From a virus: a stretch of 64,000 nucleotides of DNA. The translations under genes and the position numbers were made by a program. The notes under the pieces were generated by a model, which was not told the DNA's origin, searched no databases, and saw nothing but the letters and a program-made list of their open reading frames with translations. Where the stretch lies: positions 118,336-182,335 of the IMG/VR virus record IMGVR_UViG_3300028920_000027. The stretch is one strand, 5' to 3'. This document shows positions 8,564-18,320 of the stretch, one piece after another. Numbering within the stretch: position 1 is the stretch's first letter; each line of letters opens with the position of its first letter.

Positions 8564-8803
8564 ATGAGCACAAAAAGGCCTGATCACGTGATGGCTGCGA
8601 TGGGTGAAGAGGGTGACACCAAGTACAGCTGGGACCCCAGCGATCCTGAATCGGTGGCCGCCGCTCAGGAGACCTTCAACGGCTACATCTCCGATGGCTA
8701 CCGTCCCTTCGCCCTGAGCGATGGTACTCAGGGCGAGCAGATGACGGAGTTCAATGCCAGCGCTGGCAACATCCTGATGGTTCCGCCCATGCAGGGCGGC
8801 TGA
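8564..8803 (+). CDS. Small acidic protein ending in Gly-Gly
   Basis: RBS GAAGGA upstream; ends MVPPMQGG. Confidence 0.75.
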   Translation: MSTKRPDHVMAAMGEEGDTKYSWDPSDPESVAAAQETFNGYISDGYRPFALSDGTQGEQMTEFNASAGNILMVPPMQGG

Positions 8804-9142
8804 GTGCCGACCAAGCTCGACCATGGCTCCTACTACTCGACAAGCCCCTTCGACGTCGTTCAGCACCAGTACGCTGCGGGCGAATGGGGCTATGTCGAGC
8901 TACTAGAGGTCAAAGACACCCCCGAGGGCCACCTATCCTTCGTCCTCTTGCTGAACAATACCTCCGAGGGCCTCTACTTTTTTGACGAAGGGTACCACCT
9001 CTGGGAGCGCGCGACCCGAGCCGAGGCCGATCAGCTGTGGGAGTTGTTCTTCAGCAACCCCAAGAAAATGCGTGAAGCCACAACCCGAGAGACGTGGCTC
9101 CTCGACATTCCGCCGCGTGAAGACCTAGCCGCAGGAGGCTAG
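8804..9142 (+). CDS. Hypothetical protein
   Basis: Abuts the previous stop codon. Confidence 0.55.
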   Translation: MPTKLDHGSYYSTSPFDVVQHQYAAGEWGYVELLEVKDTPEGHLSFVLLLNNTSEGLYFFDEGYHLWERATRAEADQLWELFFSNPKKMREATTRETWLLDIPPREDLAAGG

Positions 9143-9862
9143 GCGCCACCCGGCGGGGCTCGGCTGGAAATTGATGTAGTCCGCGTACCCGTGCTGAATC
9201 GCAAGGCCCGCTTTGACGAGCTTTACACACCGCTGGTAGGCGGTCTCGTCTTTGCCTCGATAAAGATCACATGGCAGGCCCTTCAGCTGCTGGTACAGCT
9301 CGGGCGAGAGATCCTGGTTAACCTTAACCGTGTCCTTGATCTCCTCTTCAAGGAGATCCTGAACTTTGCCAATCTCCTCGGCCGTGTGGACCACGCCGCC
9401 AGTGTTCAGGTCAAGGTACCACTGGAGTACTTCAGCACGTGTCCCCAGGTCACTCACGTTCCAACGGATGCTGGGACCGTTGCGGCGAATGGGGGCGCTG
9501 AATTCACTGTACCTGTATCCAAATACCGGCACCTCGTCCTGGAGGAATCCCATGATCGCCCGCAGTCGCTGCTTCCCGTCGACGAGCACGTAGTCCGTAG
9601 TATCCCCCCGGTTCCACCCTGGACAGTTCAGGTAGACGTTGTTCCCGCTCTGGCCACCTCGAAGGCAGAATTCGAGGTAGGCTGTCTGCTTCTCGAGCGT
9701 CCAGACATGTGGACGCTGAAAGTCAGGGTCGATGTTGAGCCCGTCTTCCACGTGCTGTTCAAAGTATCGTATGAGCGAACTCCAAGGCACGTCGACACCA
9801 TAAGGAGCGGTTCTTGTCATCGGAGGGATGGCCTGAAAGTCTGGCCGGCGGATCTTGATCAT
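9125..9862 (-). CDS. DUF262 (ParB/GmrS-like) domain protein
   Basis: PDFQRPHVWT..VDGKQRLRAI motifs; AGGTG RBS upstream. Confidence 0.85.
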   Translation of the reverse strand: MIKIRRPDFQAIPPMTRTAPYGVDVPWSSLIRYFEQHVEDGLNIDPDFQRPHVWTLEKQTAYLEFCLRGGQSGNNVYLNCPGWNRGDTTDYVLVDGKQRLRAIMGFLQDEVPVFGYRYSEFSAPIRRNGPSIRWNVSDLGTRAEVLQWYLDLNTGGVVHTAEEIGKVQDLLEEEIKDTVKVNQDLSPELYQQLKGLPCDLYRGKDETAYQRCVKLVKAGLAIQHGYADYINFQPSPAGWRLASCG

Positions 9863-10098
9863 GGCTATCACCTAGAAAACCGAGGTTATTCCCAGCTCGA
9901 ATGCCTGTCGAGGGGGCGGCAATCATCCCACTATACGATGGGTGCCCAGGGATCGTTCAGGGTAACCCTTCTTTTTTTGACGAGAAGTCTGAATCCTCGG
10001 TGTATAGTGTCAACATGGACTATTGGGACATCATGACACTAGTTGGGCTGAGGGGATAATGTCGAGCGGGCCCGCATGGTCGCGGTGAGCAAGCTCTG

Positions 10099-10317
10099 AT
10101 GCCGCGCAACGATTTGGTTGAAATGGAGGGGGTGGTTGGCCGACAGCTCGGCGGGGGTCAATATCGCATCACCACGGGCGACGGGGAAGAGATCCGCGCC
10201 CAACTCAACGGCCGAATGCGCAGGAATCATATCCGCGTACTGCCTGGAGACCGCGTGAAAGTCGCGGTCTCCCCCTACGACAAGAGCCACGGGATGATCA
10301 CCTACCGTTTCAAGTAG
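10099..10317 (+). CDS. infA: Translation initiation factor IF-1
   Basis: 72 aa: EMEGVV..GRMRRNHIRVLPGDRVKVAVSPYDKSHGMITYRFK. Confidence 0.95.
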   Translation: MPRNDLVEMEGVVGRQLGGGQYRITTGDGEEIRAQLNGRMRRNHIRVLPGDRVKVAVSPYDKSHGMITYRFK

Positions 10318-10329
10318 ACCCGAAACAAC

Positions 10330-11140
10330 ATGAACACCATCGTCATCGGCGACATTCACGGCTGTCTGGACGAGTTTCAAGCACTCGTGGAGAAGGTCGC
10401 CCTCAAGCCCGAGGACCATGTGATCTGCCTGGGCGATTTCATGGACAAGGGGCCGGACCCTGCCGGTTGTGTGCGGTTCGCGCGTACGCATGGGTTCCAG
10501 TCTGTCCAAGGCAACCACGAGGACAAGCACCTCCGCTGGCGGCGTCACGAAGCCCGCAGGATCCTGGATCCCTCCTACACAACCCCATGACGTTGGATGT
10601 TGCCAAACAGCAAGACAATACCGCTCTGAGCGGCGACGACATCGACTGGCTCAGTAACCTGCCCCCATCGTCGAGGCTGATGGTTGGGTGGCCGTCCACG
10701 GCGGCTTTCTACCAGGCAAGACCCCACGGGAACAGGCCGCTGACCGCAAGATCCGCTCGACCATCGTACGCGTGAGGTGGCTCACCCCCGAAGGCGAGCA
10801 CTGGGCCGAGTTATGGGACCAGCATTTCAACGTGGTCTACGGCCACGAGGCACACAGCCTCAGCCGCCCCTACGACGTCCAAGCCCCCAGCGGCGCCCGG
10901 ACCGTGGGTATCGACACGGGCTGTGTCCACGGGGGCCACCTGACCGCCTTCGTGGTTGAAAACGACGGGGCCACCCACTTCGTCCAGGTGCCGGCGGCCA
11001 AGTGCTACCACCGACACCACGGGCTACGGGCTAGACGCTCCCACAGGGTGGGGGGCGGGAAGGGTGGCACCCCCACGGGAGTGTGGGGTTGCGGGGTAGA
11101 CGTAGGTTGCAGGCATCACAGGTTGTCGAGCGAAACATAG
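10330..11140 (+). pseudogene. Metallophosphoesterase (ApaH/PrpA-like) split by two frameshifts
   Basis: IGDIHG, LGDFMDKGP and GNHE in frame 1; WLSNLP in frame 2; AVHGG, VYGH and GIDTGCVHGGHLTA in frame 3. Shifts near 10580 and 10665. Confidence 0.85.
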
Positions 11141-11694
11141 ACAGTTTGGCAATGATTGCAACGTTGAACGTCCACGACCTGGATACCCCCAACATCAATT
11201 CCGAGACTTCGCAGGGCGGTGAGGTTGACCAGCGACGGGTCCGAAAGAAGCAGCCCGTCCCGGCACCGCGAGCATTGTATGGGCGAGCGAGAGTCCTCTT
11301 CGGTAGGATATCGAATGAGGCTCTCAAGCCCTTGCACCTGGGCCACCTCGGGCGGCTCCAGAGAGCCCAGCTGGAGGCATGAGGGCTCGATTCCCACCAG
11401 ACGCTCGAAAAGCGTTGGCAGAAACGGGGTTGGAGGGTCGAAGATAGGCTCGTGTTTGACCTCAGGTTCGGACTCCAGAGCCCGTTCGGCTTCACGCCAG
11501 GGAGCCACCCAGGAGTTAGCGCGGGTGGTGGTACCGTCGTTGCCACCATCCAAAAAAAGGTCACCATCTTGTGAGGAGATGGCCCCGCAGTGCGAGCACC
11601 AAACGATGTCAGTACCTTCAACGTAGCGAAGGTGGGCAGGATTGTGGAAGCACTCCGGCACGACTCCTGGGAAGATACACCAATTGGTGTACAT
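11116..11694 (-). CDS. Hypothetical protein with several CxxC pairs and an internal PTLFERL motif
   Basis: CSHCG, CSRC, CNHC. Confidence 0.6.
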   Translation of the reverse strand: MYTNWCIFPGVVPECFHNPAHLRYVEGTDIVWCSHCGAISSQDGDLFLDGGNDGTTTRANSWVAPWREAERALESEPEVKHEPIFDPPTPFLPTLFERLVGIEPSCLQLGSLEPPEVAQVQGLESLIRYPTEEDSRSPIQCSRCRDGLLLSDPSLVNLTALRSLGIDVGGIQVVDVQRCNHCQTVYVSLDNL

Positions 11695-11920
11695 CTAGGG
11701 CATGAATCCCAACGAGCTTCTCGGTGTTCATGGCACCACGGGGAAGGTGAGCCCGAGGAAGTCGAGGTCTACCGTTCCGACCGAAGAGGCAGGCCCAATT
11801 TCGATTCATCCTATATCGCACAGTGAGTTGGAACCGGTGTAGAGTTGATACCATTTGACGGCGAGGAGCACATCGTCGTCCAGGAAGATGGCGTTCTCGC
11901 TGTCATCAAGGAGTAGGTCA

Positions 11921-12145
11921 ATGACTGAAGCTGAGCTTGCCACTGCGGCGGCCAAACAAAAGTTCGAGATTCTTGATCTGAAAGAGCTGGTGGCGTTGGC
12001 CATCGAAGAAGCCCTTCGCCGTACCGGTGGAAACATCATGAAGACGTGCCGTATTCTGAACATAGGCAAGGCGACCCTTTACCGCCGGCTTCAGGAACCT
12101 CGGTTCCAGAGAGTTCTTCAAGCAGCCCGAGCACCATCACAATGA
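11921..12145 (+). CDS. Stand-alone Fis-type (HTH_8) DNA-binding protein
   Basis: AIEEALRRTGGNIMKTCRILNIGKATLYRRL; AAGGAG RBS upstream. Confidence 0.85.
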   Translation: MTEAELATAAAKQKFEILDLKELVALAIEEALRRTGGNIMKTCRILNIGKATLYRRLQEPRFQRVLQAARAPSQ

Positions 12146-12492
12146 TCCCCATCCCCATTACGGTTCTGGTCGTTGTCCTGGCCATTGTGGCCCTGGTTGT
12201 CGGCTTCTCCGTGTGGTCTGCACGGATTTCCCGCTACCACTACAACATCCTGAACAAGAAGTGGGGGGTCCTCGTTCAACGTGAGGAGCACCTCAGCCGG
12301 TTCATCGCACTCGTACAGGAGGTTCAGGACCTGGCCTTTTTCGGGGCGCCCTTTCGTGTCGTGAGGGGGCGTTCCGACTTTCGAGACGACTCTCCGTCAC
12401 GACCAGCGCTTGTCGCCGTCGCAATCAAAGAGCGGCTCTACCTAAAAATTGGATGCATCCCGCGGGGGGGAAGATCCCAAGGTGGGCATTAA
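12142..12492 (+). CDS. Hypothetical membrane protein
   Basis: N-terminal hydrophobic helix. Confidence 0.55.
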   Translation: MIPIPITVLVVVLAIVALVVGFSVWSARISRYHYNILNKKWGVLVQREEHLSRFIALVQEVQDLAFFGAPFRVVRGRSDFRDDSPSRPALVAVAIKERLYLKIGCIPRGGRSQGGH

Positions 12493-12721
12493 GACCCAGG
12501 TCTATCTGGAGCAGAATCGCATCCACGCTGGTCAAAGCTACATCTTTGGCATCGACAACTTAATTCAGGAAGCTGAACTGGAAACCCTGAAAGTTCTAAA
12601 AGAGGAAGAGACCCTTTTACAGGACCGAACCGACCAAGGTGTCACCTTTGACCATCTTCGGTCACGCCTTGCGGTCAAACAGGGAGATGCCTCGACAGCT
12701 GGTGCTCAGGCGTCTACCTAG
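12449..12721 (+). CDS. Hypothetical protein (may be the frameshifted continuation of the previous gene)
   Basis: Overlapping ORF in another frame. Confidence 0.4.
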   Translation: MDASRGGEDPKVGIKTQVYLEQNRIHAGQSYIFGIDNLIQEAELETLKVLKEEETLLQDRTDQGVTFDHLRSRLAVKQGDASTAGAQAST

Positions 12722-12811
12722 GCGGTCCTCACTGGAGCATCCTTGAAGCTTTGAAGGCGTCAACAACAAAGACCCCCACGCCGTTTAGTCGACCCGGTGT
12801 ATCTTGAAATC

Positions 12812-13192
12812 ATGACCTTCCCGTCTCAACCCACCCCGCCTTCCAAAATCACTATCCTCAACCATTCTACGGAACTCGACCCCTCGGGGTTCTTATACCA
12901 CCTCAACATCTCGATCTTCAAAGTCCGCATCGAGGTCGTCAAACCCTCTCACTCCCATATAATAGACTGCCTGGCGTTCTGGCACGTCTACCTCCAGGGG
13001 TCGACTCTAGAACATTATCTTGCCTGGGGCAAGATCCGCATCGAGGACGCCGAGCCCGACAAGGCCGTCGGAGCTGCGTGCTTGGCAACGGCCGAAGCTC
13101 TTCAGAAGCTGTGCCAGGGTATCTTGGCCATCGGCAATGGGGACTTCAGGACCACCTATGCAACGGTTGGTCCGAAGAAGACCGATGGCTGA
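12812..13192 (+). CDS. Hypothetical protein
   Basis: ATG lies 6 nt after GGTG-TATCTT. Confidence 0.6.
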   Translation: MTFPSQPTPPSKITILNHSTELDPSGFLYHLNISIFKVRIEVVKPSHSHIIDCLAFWHVYLQGSTLEHYLAWGKIRIEDAEPDKAVGAACLATAEALQKLCQGILAIGNGDFRTTYATVGPKKTDG

Positions 13193-13247
13193 TTTGCCAG
13201 AGGAATGGTTTGATAAGACATGGGACCACAACTAGGAACCACTGCCA

Positions 13248-14465
13248 ATGCCCGTTGAGCACATCGAGATGTGGTGGGAGTGCAAGACCTGTGGAACCCT
13301 CAACGGAGGACTTGCCAAGGTCTGTGGAAAGCGGCCCGTCGAGGACGGGAAAGTCGTCTCGCCTCGTAGTGATGTCGGCTGTGGAAAGCCCATCGAGGAC
13401 GAAGAATGGATCGATCCCGATGACGACAGTGTCAACCTCATCACAGACGCGGAGGGCATCCAGCAAGCTCAGGACGGCACCGACTGGATCTGCGGCTACT
13501 GCGGCTCATCTCAGAAGCGCGCCAATGGCCAGTGTGCCTCTTGCGGTGGGGACCCCAACTTCAACCACCGCCTGCGCGGGAGTGAAGAGACAGCCCCCGT
13601 TGGCGACCTCGATCCCTTTGGAGGTCAGCCTGAGCGGACCACCTACGGGTCATCATACCTGCCCAAAAGCGATCCTCCATTTCTCCGACGGCGCCGGTCC
13701 AAATTGCCCCTCATCATTGGGGGGGTGGCTTTGACTCTCATCGCTCTAACCGTTTTCATCTTCTGGCCGCGCTACGTCGACGCAGAGGTTGTTGGGTCCC
13801 ACTGGACCTCCACGGTCACCATCGACCGCTACCAAAAGGTGCCCCACGAAGGCTGGGAGCCCCCTTATGATGCGGTGGATGAGATTGAGATGGGTAAGCG
13901 GAGTCACCCCACTAAGAAAGTCCAGGTCGGCACCAAGACCATCAAGGTAGACCCATCTGGGGGCTGCGGCCAGACGTGCAAACCGATTCCTAAGGTTTGC
14001 AAGAAGACCCCTAGGAATTGCACGGAGAACAAGAATGGAACCAAGACCTGCTCAGGAGGGGACATGAAGTGCACGGGCGGGGGTGAGACATGCAAGAAGA
14101 ACAAGTGCACCGACAGTCAGAAAGTGCTCAAAGAGATCGCGATCTATGAGCCTGCGAAGTTGATGTGGTATTCTTGGAAGATTTGGGAATGGAAGTACGA
14201 CCGCTCGGTTGTCCGCAAAGGTCAAGACCTCGATCCACAACCCCCCGAGAAGGCCAAGTACCGGCTCAACGTTGGCTGCATGGACGGCGAGAAGGAGCGG
14301 GCGTCGGCCCCCAACTGGAAGTACACCACGGTTTTCCGCGACGAGTCGGGGGAAACCCACAACTACCACCCATCAACTCACAACGAATACGTGAGCCTCA
14401 AGCAAGGCGTCCGCAAGCGACTCCGTGTTTCGGCCGCAGCCGTTGCCATCGTAGAGGACCGATGA
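13248..14465 (+). CDS. Zn-ribbon membrane protein with Cys-rich C-terminal region
   Basis: WECKTC..C, DWICGYCG..CASCG; central TM helix; multiple Cys after it. Confidence 0.75.
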   Translation: MPVEHIEMWWECKTCGTLNGGLAKVCGKRPVEDGKVVSPRSDVGCGKPIEDEEWIDPDDDSVNLITDAEGIQQAQDGTDWICGYCGSSQKRANGQCASCGGDPNFNHRLRGSEETAPVGDLDPFGGQPERTTYGSSYLPKSDPPFLRRRRSKLPLIIGGVALTLIALTVFIFWPRYVDAEVVGSHWTSTVTIDRYQKVPHEGWEPPYDAVDEIEMGKRSHPTKKVQVGTKTIKVDPSGGCGQTCKPIPKVCKKTPRNCTENKNGTKTCSGGDMKCTGGGETCKKNKCTDSQKVLKEIAIYEPAKLMWYSWKIWEWKYDRSVVRKGQDLDPQPPEKAKYRLNVGCMDGEKERASAPNWKYTTVFRDESGETHNYHPSTHNEYVSLKQGVRKRLRVSAAAVAIVEDR

Positions 14466-14689
14466 TCGACAGTCTGAAGCTGACCCCCAAGCAACGCGAA
14501 GTCTTGGGCCTGGCCCCTGACGCCCCCAGCGACGGCAAGATGTTCAAGGGCGGGCAGGCGAACACGGCCAACACTCTCGTAGCCAAGGGTCTCCTGTGCG
14601 TGGCTGGGTCAGGGCACACAGGGACCTTCTACGTGCGGACCGCCGCTGGGTACACCCACGCCCGCGACCTGGGACTAGCAACACCCTAG
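14462..14689 (+). CDS. Small hypothetical protein
   Basis: ATGA overlap with the previous gene. Confidence 0.55.
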   Translation: MIDSLKLTPKQREVLGLAPDAPSDGKMFKGGQANTANTLVAKGLLCVAGSGHTGTFYVRTAAGYTHARDLGLATP

Positions 14690-14997
14690 TGTGGAGCGTC
14701 TACATCGTCCAAAGTGAGCGAGATGGTTCACTTTATGTGGGGATCACGCTTGACGTTGAAGCTCGGGTGGCGGCTCACAACGCTGGCATGGGAGCCAAGC
14801 GTACGCGGGGGCGCGGCCCTTGGGTCTTGTGCTGGTCGAAGGCCGTCGGGGCCCGCGGGGAAGCCCAGCGGGAGGAAGCTCGAATCAAAAAGCTGCGGCG
14901 GGCCCAGAAGCTGGCCATTTTTTGGTGTACCTTGAGCTATGCCGGAAGAAGACCCCTGCTTCGGTCCCTGGACCGTGAAGACCACGAAGACCACTGA
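14689..14997 (+). CDS. Small GIY-YIG nuclease family protein (UPF0213-like)
   Basis: VYIV..SLYVGIT..R..HN.G.GAKRTRGRGP..E..IKKL. Confidence 0.85.
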   Translation: MWSVYIVQSERDGSLYVGITLDVEARVAAHNAGMGAKRTRGRGPWVLCWSKAVGARGEAQREEARIKKLRRAQKLAIFWCTLSYAGRRPLLRSLDREDHEDH

Positions 14998-15451
14998 GGG
15001 GCAGAAGCCTCTCATCACCTACAAGCACAACTCTGGGCACGTGATCACGTTCGAGCGCACTTCTAGTGGCCTCCAACGTGCCATGACTTCAATTCAGGCC
15101 ATGGGCGAAGTCCTCAAACTCGTAGACATCCCTGGCATGACCGACGCCGATGGGATGAGCCTGCTACGAGCTTTTCAAGCGACGGGCGTCCCTACCGGAG
15201 TGGGTCGTGCGGCTCCCAAAGTCATCGCCAGCATCGAGCGCATCATGGCACGCCCCCCATGTACGACATCGGAGATTATCCGATGTCTCGAGGACGAGGC
15301 TCCCGACCCAGGAGAGTGGCAGGAAGCCGTTCGGGAAGCTGTCGTCGAGGTCTACCAACAACGCCTCGAAGGGTACTGCGCCAAAGCTGCCGACTGCCAA
15401 CTCGTTGTCGACACGTTGACTCCTGAACAACCCCCGGGAAGCAGTGCCTGA
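14939..15451 (+). CDS. Hypothetical protein
   Basis: 170-aa ORF. Confidence 0.55.
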   Translation: MPEEDPCFGPWTVKTTKTTEGQKPLITYKHNSGHVITFERTSSGLQRAMTSIQAMGEVLKLVDIPGMTDADGMSLLRAFQATGVPTGVGRAAPKVIASIERIMARPPCTTSEIIRCLEDEAPDPGEWQEAVREAVVEVYQQRLEGYCAKAADCQLVVDTLTPEQPPGSSA

Positions 15452-15662
15452 GCTGCTCAGGGGGGGGCAGCTTTCTATCCCGAGTTCGGTCGTTGTTCCC
15501 GTTTCATTCACACAGTACGCTAAGATCGTGAAGCGTGGCATGCCACGATCAAGCGCACCTCTGGCGGGCGGGAGCCTTTTTGCACCTTGGTGTCCCGTTC
15601 CAGACCAGCCTTTTCCCCCACCTTCGAGAGGAAGCCGACTTTCGAGTCGCCATGAGGGTACC

Positions 15663-16001
15663 TTAGCCCTCTGACAGGCGTTCCCACGCCGTTTTGACTG
15701 GGCCCGGGACTTCGGCCTGCTCCGGGGTCTGCACGGCCTCCAGAAGGGTGTGGCCGGCCTTTTGGACCCTCTCTCGCTTAGATCGTTCCTCCTGGACTTC
15801 TCGCTCAGCGCGCTGAGCCCTTCTCTGGCACGCTTGAAATTCGCGATTCAGGTCGTGCCCCACCTTTCGCAGACGTTCGATTTCGTTGCGGGACCACCTC
15901 AGCTCTTCCTGCTTGTGTATCTTCGTTTGGCGGTACCACCGGTACTGGAGCGCCAGGACAACGGCGATGGTAGTGGCACAGGTGACTTCGAGAATAGACA
16001 C
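15663..16001 (-). CDS. TM plus coiled-coil protein with C-terminal TAWERL tag (paralog of 16749-17060)
   Basis: Hydrophobic N-terminus, QY.W motif; ends KTAWERLSEG. Confidence 0.7.
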   Translation of the reverse strand: MSILEVTCATTIAVVLALQYRWYRQTKIHKQEELRWSRNEIERLRKVGHDLNREFQACQRRAQRAEREVQEERSKRERVQKAGHTLLEAVQTPEQAEVPGPVKTAWERLSEG

Positions 16002-16009
16002 TTTTTTGG

Positions 16010-16037
16010 AAGTTACACCAGTGAGCCGGTGTAACTT
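16010..16037. promoter_or_regulatory. Back-to-back divergent GGTG-TAACTT promoter motifs (perfect 10-bp inverted repeat)
   Basis: AAGTTACACC-N8-GGTGTAACTT. Confidence 0.6.
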
Positions 16038-16157
16038 GTATCATGGCTAACGCTGCCGCCCCATCCCCAGTATGACCTCTACAGTGACCGAGGTCAGCTG
16101 GGCATCCGCCAGCACAACGAATCAAGAGATCCAACAAGGATCCTCCGAAGCCGCTGA

Positions 16158-16376
16158 ATGAACCTGTCTGAACTCCTTCCGGTCATTGCCTTCATGCTGG
16201 TCGTGGCTCTACTGTTCTACTCGATGGGCGTTCGGGACGCGAACCGTCGCTGGGCCAATGCGGCGAAGTATGACTTCCCCCGCAAGTGGCGGGGGGTAGA
16301 CTTCAAGGTCCAATACAGGGATCCTGACCAGGTGATCGACGCGATCCTCGAAGGTTATGACGACGATTCGGAATAG
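16158..16376 (+). CDS. Small membrane protein (paralog of 18317-18495)
   Basis: TM helix followed by MGVRDANRR..KWRGVDFKVQ. Confidence 0.7.
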   Translation: MNLSELLPVIAFMLVVALLFYSMGVRDANRRWANAAKYDFPRKWRGVDFKVQYRDPDQVIDAILEGYDDDSE

Positions 16377-16382
16377 GAAATC

Positions 16383-16667
16383 ATGGCACAAGCAAAGGAC
16401 TACTACTTCTACATTGGCGAGGACCTCGACGACCCCAGCATGGGCATGGTGGTTATCACCAGCGTCGAGTACTACAACAATGAAGGCTGCCTCGACGAAG
16501 ATCTTCAAGAGGAAGAGCTACAGCAGGTCGAAGGCTGGCCCGGAGGCATCCTGGAAGACGTAGGGGGTGCCACCTTCATCTGGAACTTCGAGGACATGAG
16601 CCTCTCTGAGATGAAGGACCTGATGGAGCAGGCCGGATTCCAATACAACGAAGAGCTTTTGGACTGA
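16383..16667 (+). CDS. Highly acidic hypothetical protein
   Basis: AGGA RBS upstream; Asp/Glu-rich. Confidence 0.65.
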   Translation: MAQAKDYYFYIGEDLDDPSMGMVVITSVEYYNNEGCLDEDLQEEELQQVEGWPGGILEDVGGATFIWNFEDMSLSEMKDLMEQAGFQYNEELLD

Positions 16668-16748
16668 ACACGGAAGCTGCACAGACGGGCCGCATTGGTT
16701 TTCAGAAACTTCGCTGGCCAACAAAGAAACCGTTCCCACACAACACCA

Positions 16749-17060
16749 CTAGCCTTTCCGCAACCGCTCCCACGCGGTCAAACGGACGGACTCGAGAGCC
16801 TTCTTCGGCGGGGGCTCGGGCCCTTCGGGAACCTCTGGTCGATTCGCCAGCTCCTGCTCGAGACAAGTCCTGAGCTCGGCGTACTGGATGCCCATGGATT
16901 GCAGGCTCGTGCGCAACTGAGCCTCGTTCTTCTTCAGTGCTGTGATCTCTGAACGGAGGCGGCCCCGCTCCTCTTGCCGCTTGAGGCACCAGCAGTACTG
17001 GATACTGATGATGAGCAGCTCGGCGATGACCACGGCTGTGAGGAGTTGGGTCAAGGTCAT
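16749..17060 (-). CDS. TM plus coiled-coil protein with C-terminal TAWERL tag
   Basis: GGAG RBS upstream; ends LTAWERLRKG. Confidence 0.7.
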   Translation of the reverse strand: MTLTQLLTAVVIAELLIISIQYCWCLKRQEERGRLRSEITALKKNEAQLRTSLQSMGIQYAELRTCLEQELANRPEVPEGPEPPPKKALESVRLTAWERLRKG

Positions 17061-17102
17061 TTTTCTCCAAGGTACACCGTTGGGACCAGTGTACCCTAGG
17101 GC

Positions 17103-18320
17103 ATGGCCAACCCCATCGCCCCCATGCTCCGGGACCACGTCCTACGCCTGATCAGTGCCGAGGGGCGCGAACGGGTCGAGGGGCTCATCCTGCCGCTCGC
17201 CCTGGCGCGCCACGACTACAGCTCTGAGCAGTCGGCTGTGCTGGCAGTTTCGAACTTCGTCACCCACCTGATGAACCCCTCACACGCCTTCATTCCCCGG
17301 TGGCACACGGTGATTCAGGAGCTGGTGCGAACCACTCCGGTCCCGGATCCCGAGCCCGAAGTTAGCTCCAATGCGCTCGCCAACATGTTTGGCAACGGAT
17401 CCGTCTTTATCGATCTTTCCAGGGGCGAAGGCCAGGAATGGGGAAGTCTTAGCGATCTGCACCGAGTCAGTGGTGCAGGCAAGAGTCGCACGCCAAGCGA
17501 CTGGCTGAGAACCAAACAGGCTCAACGTCTCATTATGGAGCAGTCTGGGAAATCACAGACTGCCTTAAATTCCGCTACATTTGACGTCGACGACTACAAC
17601 GACGTGATTCAAGTGGTCAATGGCGGCACCCATCCAGGGACTCGAGCCCGTTGGGAACTCTTCACGGCTTTTGCCGAATGGCTGGCCCCAGCTTTCCACC
17701 TGCAAGTCATCCGGGACTGGCGGATCTATGTCACTGGTCAGGCCGCTCAAATGCCGGCCCAGGGCGCACTCGAGCAGGCCCTCGTCCGCCTCGTATCCAG
17801 CTTCGAACGGACGCTGGACACGTTTGCCAAGACCGCTGAGCGCCTCGCCTGCTGGGATGGACAACGCCTTCAGCAGGCATCGCCCGTGCCCGTGGCGCCC
17901 CCTGGGGGGCAGGCAGAGGCACGGGCCCAAGTCCGGATCATTGTCGAAGAGCATGCCAAGTTTTTGATAGCGCAGGGCATCCCTCACAGGGAAGCCTACG
18001 AGAGTGCCTATGGGTGGCTCTACACGTTCGCTGAAGGGCAGTGGGGGATCCGGGTACGGCGGCACAGCCAGAGCGAGACCAACCTCGAGTACATTGACAG
18101 CCAGGGGCTCTCCACGCGCCTGCTGGAGTTGGTCAAGCTGTTCTACCCGGACGCCTATGCTAGGTGCCAGCACCGCATCGAGTCGCCTATCCCGCGCCCG
18201 TCCCGCAAACGCAGGGTAGAGGTTGAGGGCGACAGCGATGATGACAGTGCCGACGACAACACTGGGTCGCCTTTTGTCCAGGAAGTTGTGGAAAACTACG
18301 TCGCCGAGCAGCTGTCATGA
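17103..18320 (+). CDS. KilA-N domain protein (antirepressor-like)
   Basis: LSDLHRVSG..PSDWLR..GGTHPGT..FAEWLAPAFHLQVI. Confidence 0.85.
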   Translation: MANPIAPMLRDHVLRLISAEGRERVEGLILPLALARHDYSSEQSAVLAVSNFVTHLMNPSHAFIPRWHTVIQELVRTTPVPDPEPEVSSNALANMFGNGSVFIDLSRGEGQEWGSLSDLHRVSGAGKSRTPSDWLRTKQAQRLIMEQSGKSQTALNSATFDVDDYNDVIQVVNGGTHPGTRARWELFTAFAEWLAPAFHLQVIRDWRIYVTGQAAQMPAQGALEQALVRLVSSFERTLDTFAKTAERLACWDGQRLQQASPVPVAPPGGQAEARAQVRIIVEEHAKFLIAQGIPHREAYESAYGWLYTFAEGQWGIRVRRHSQSETNLEYIDSQGLSTRLLELVKLFYPDAYARCQHRIESPIPRPSRKRRVEVEGDSDDDSADDNTGSPFVQEVVENYVAEQLS

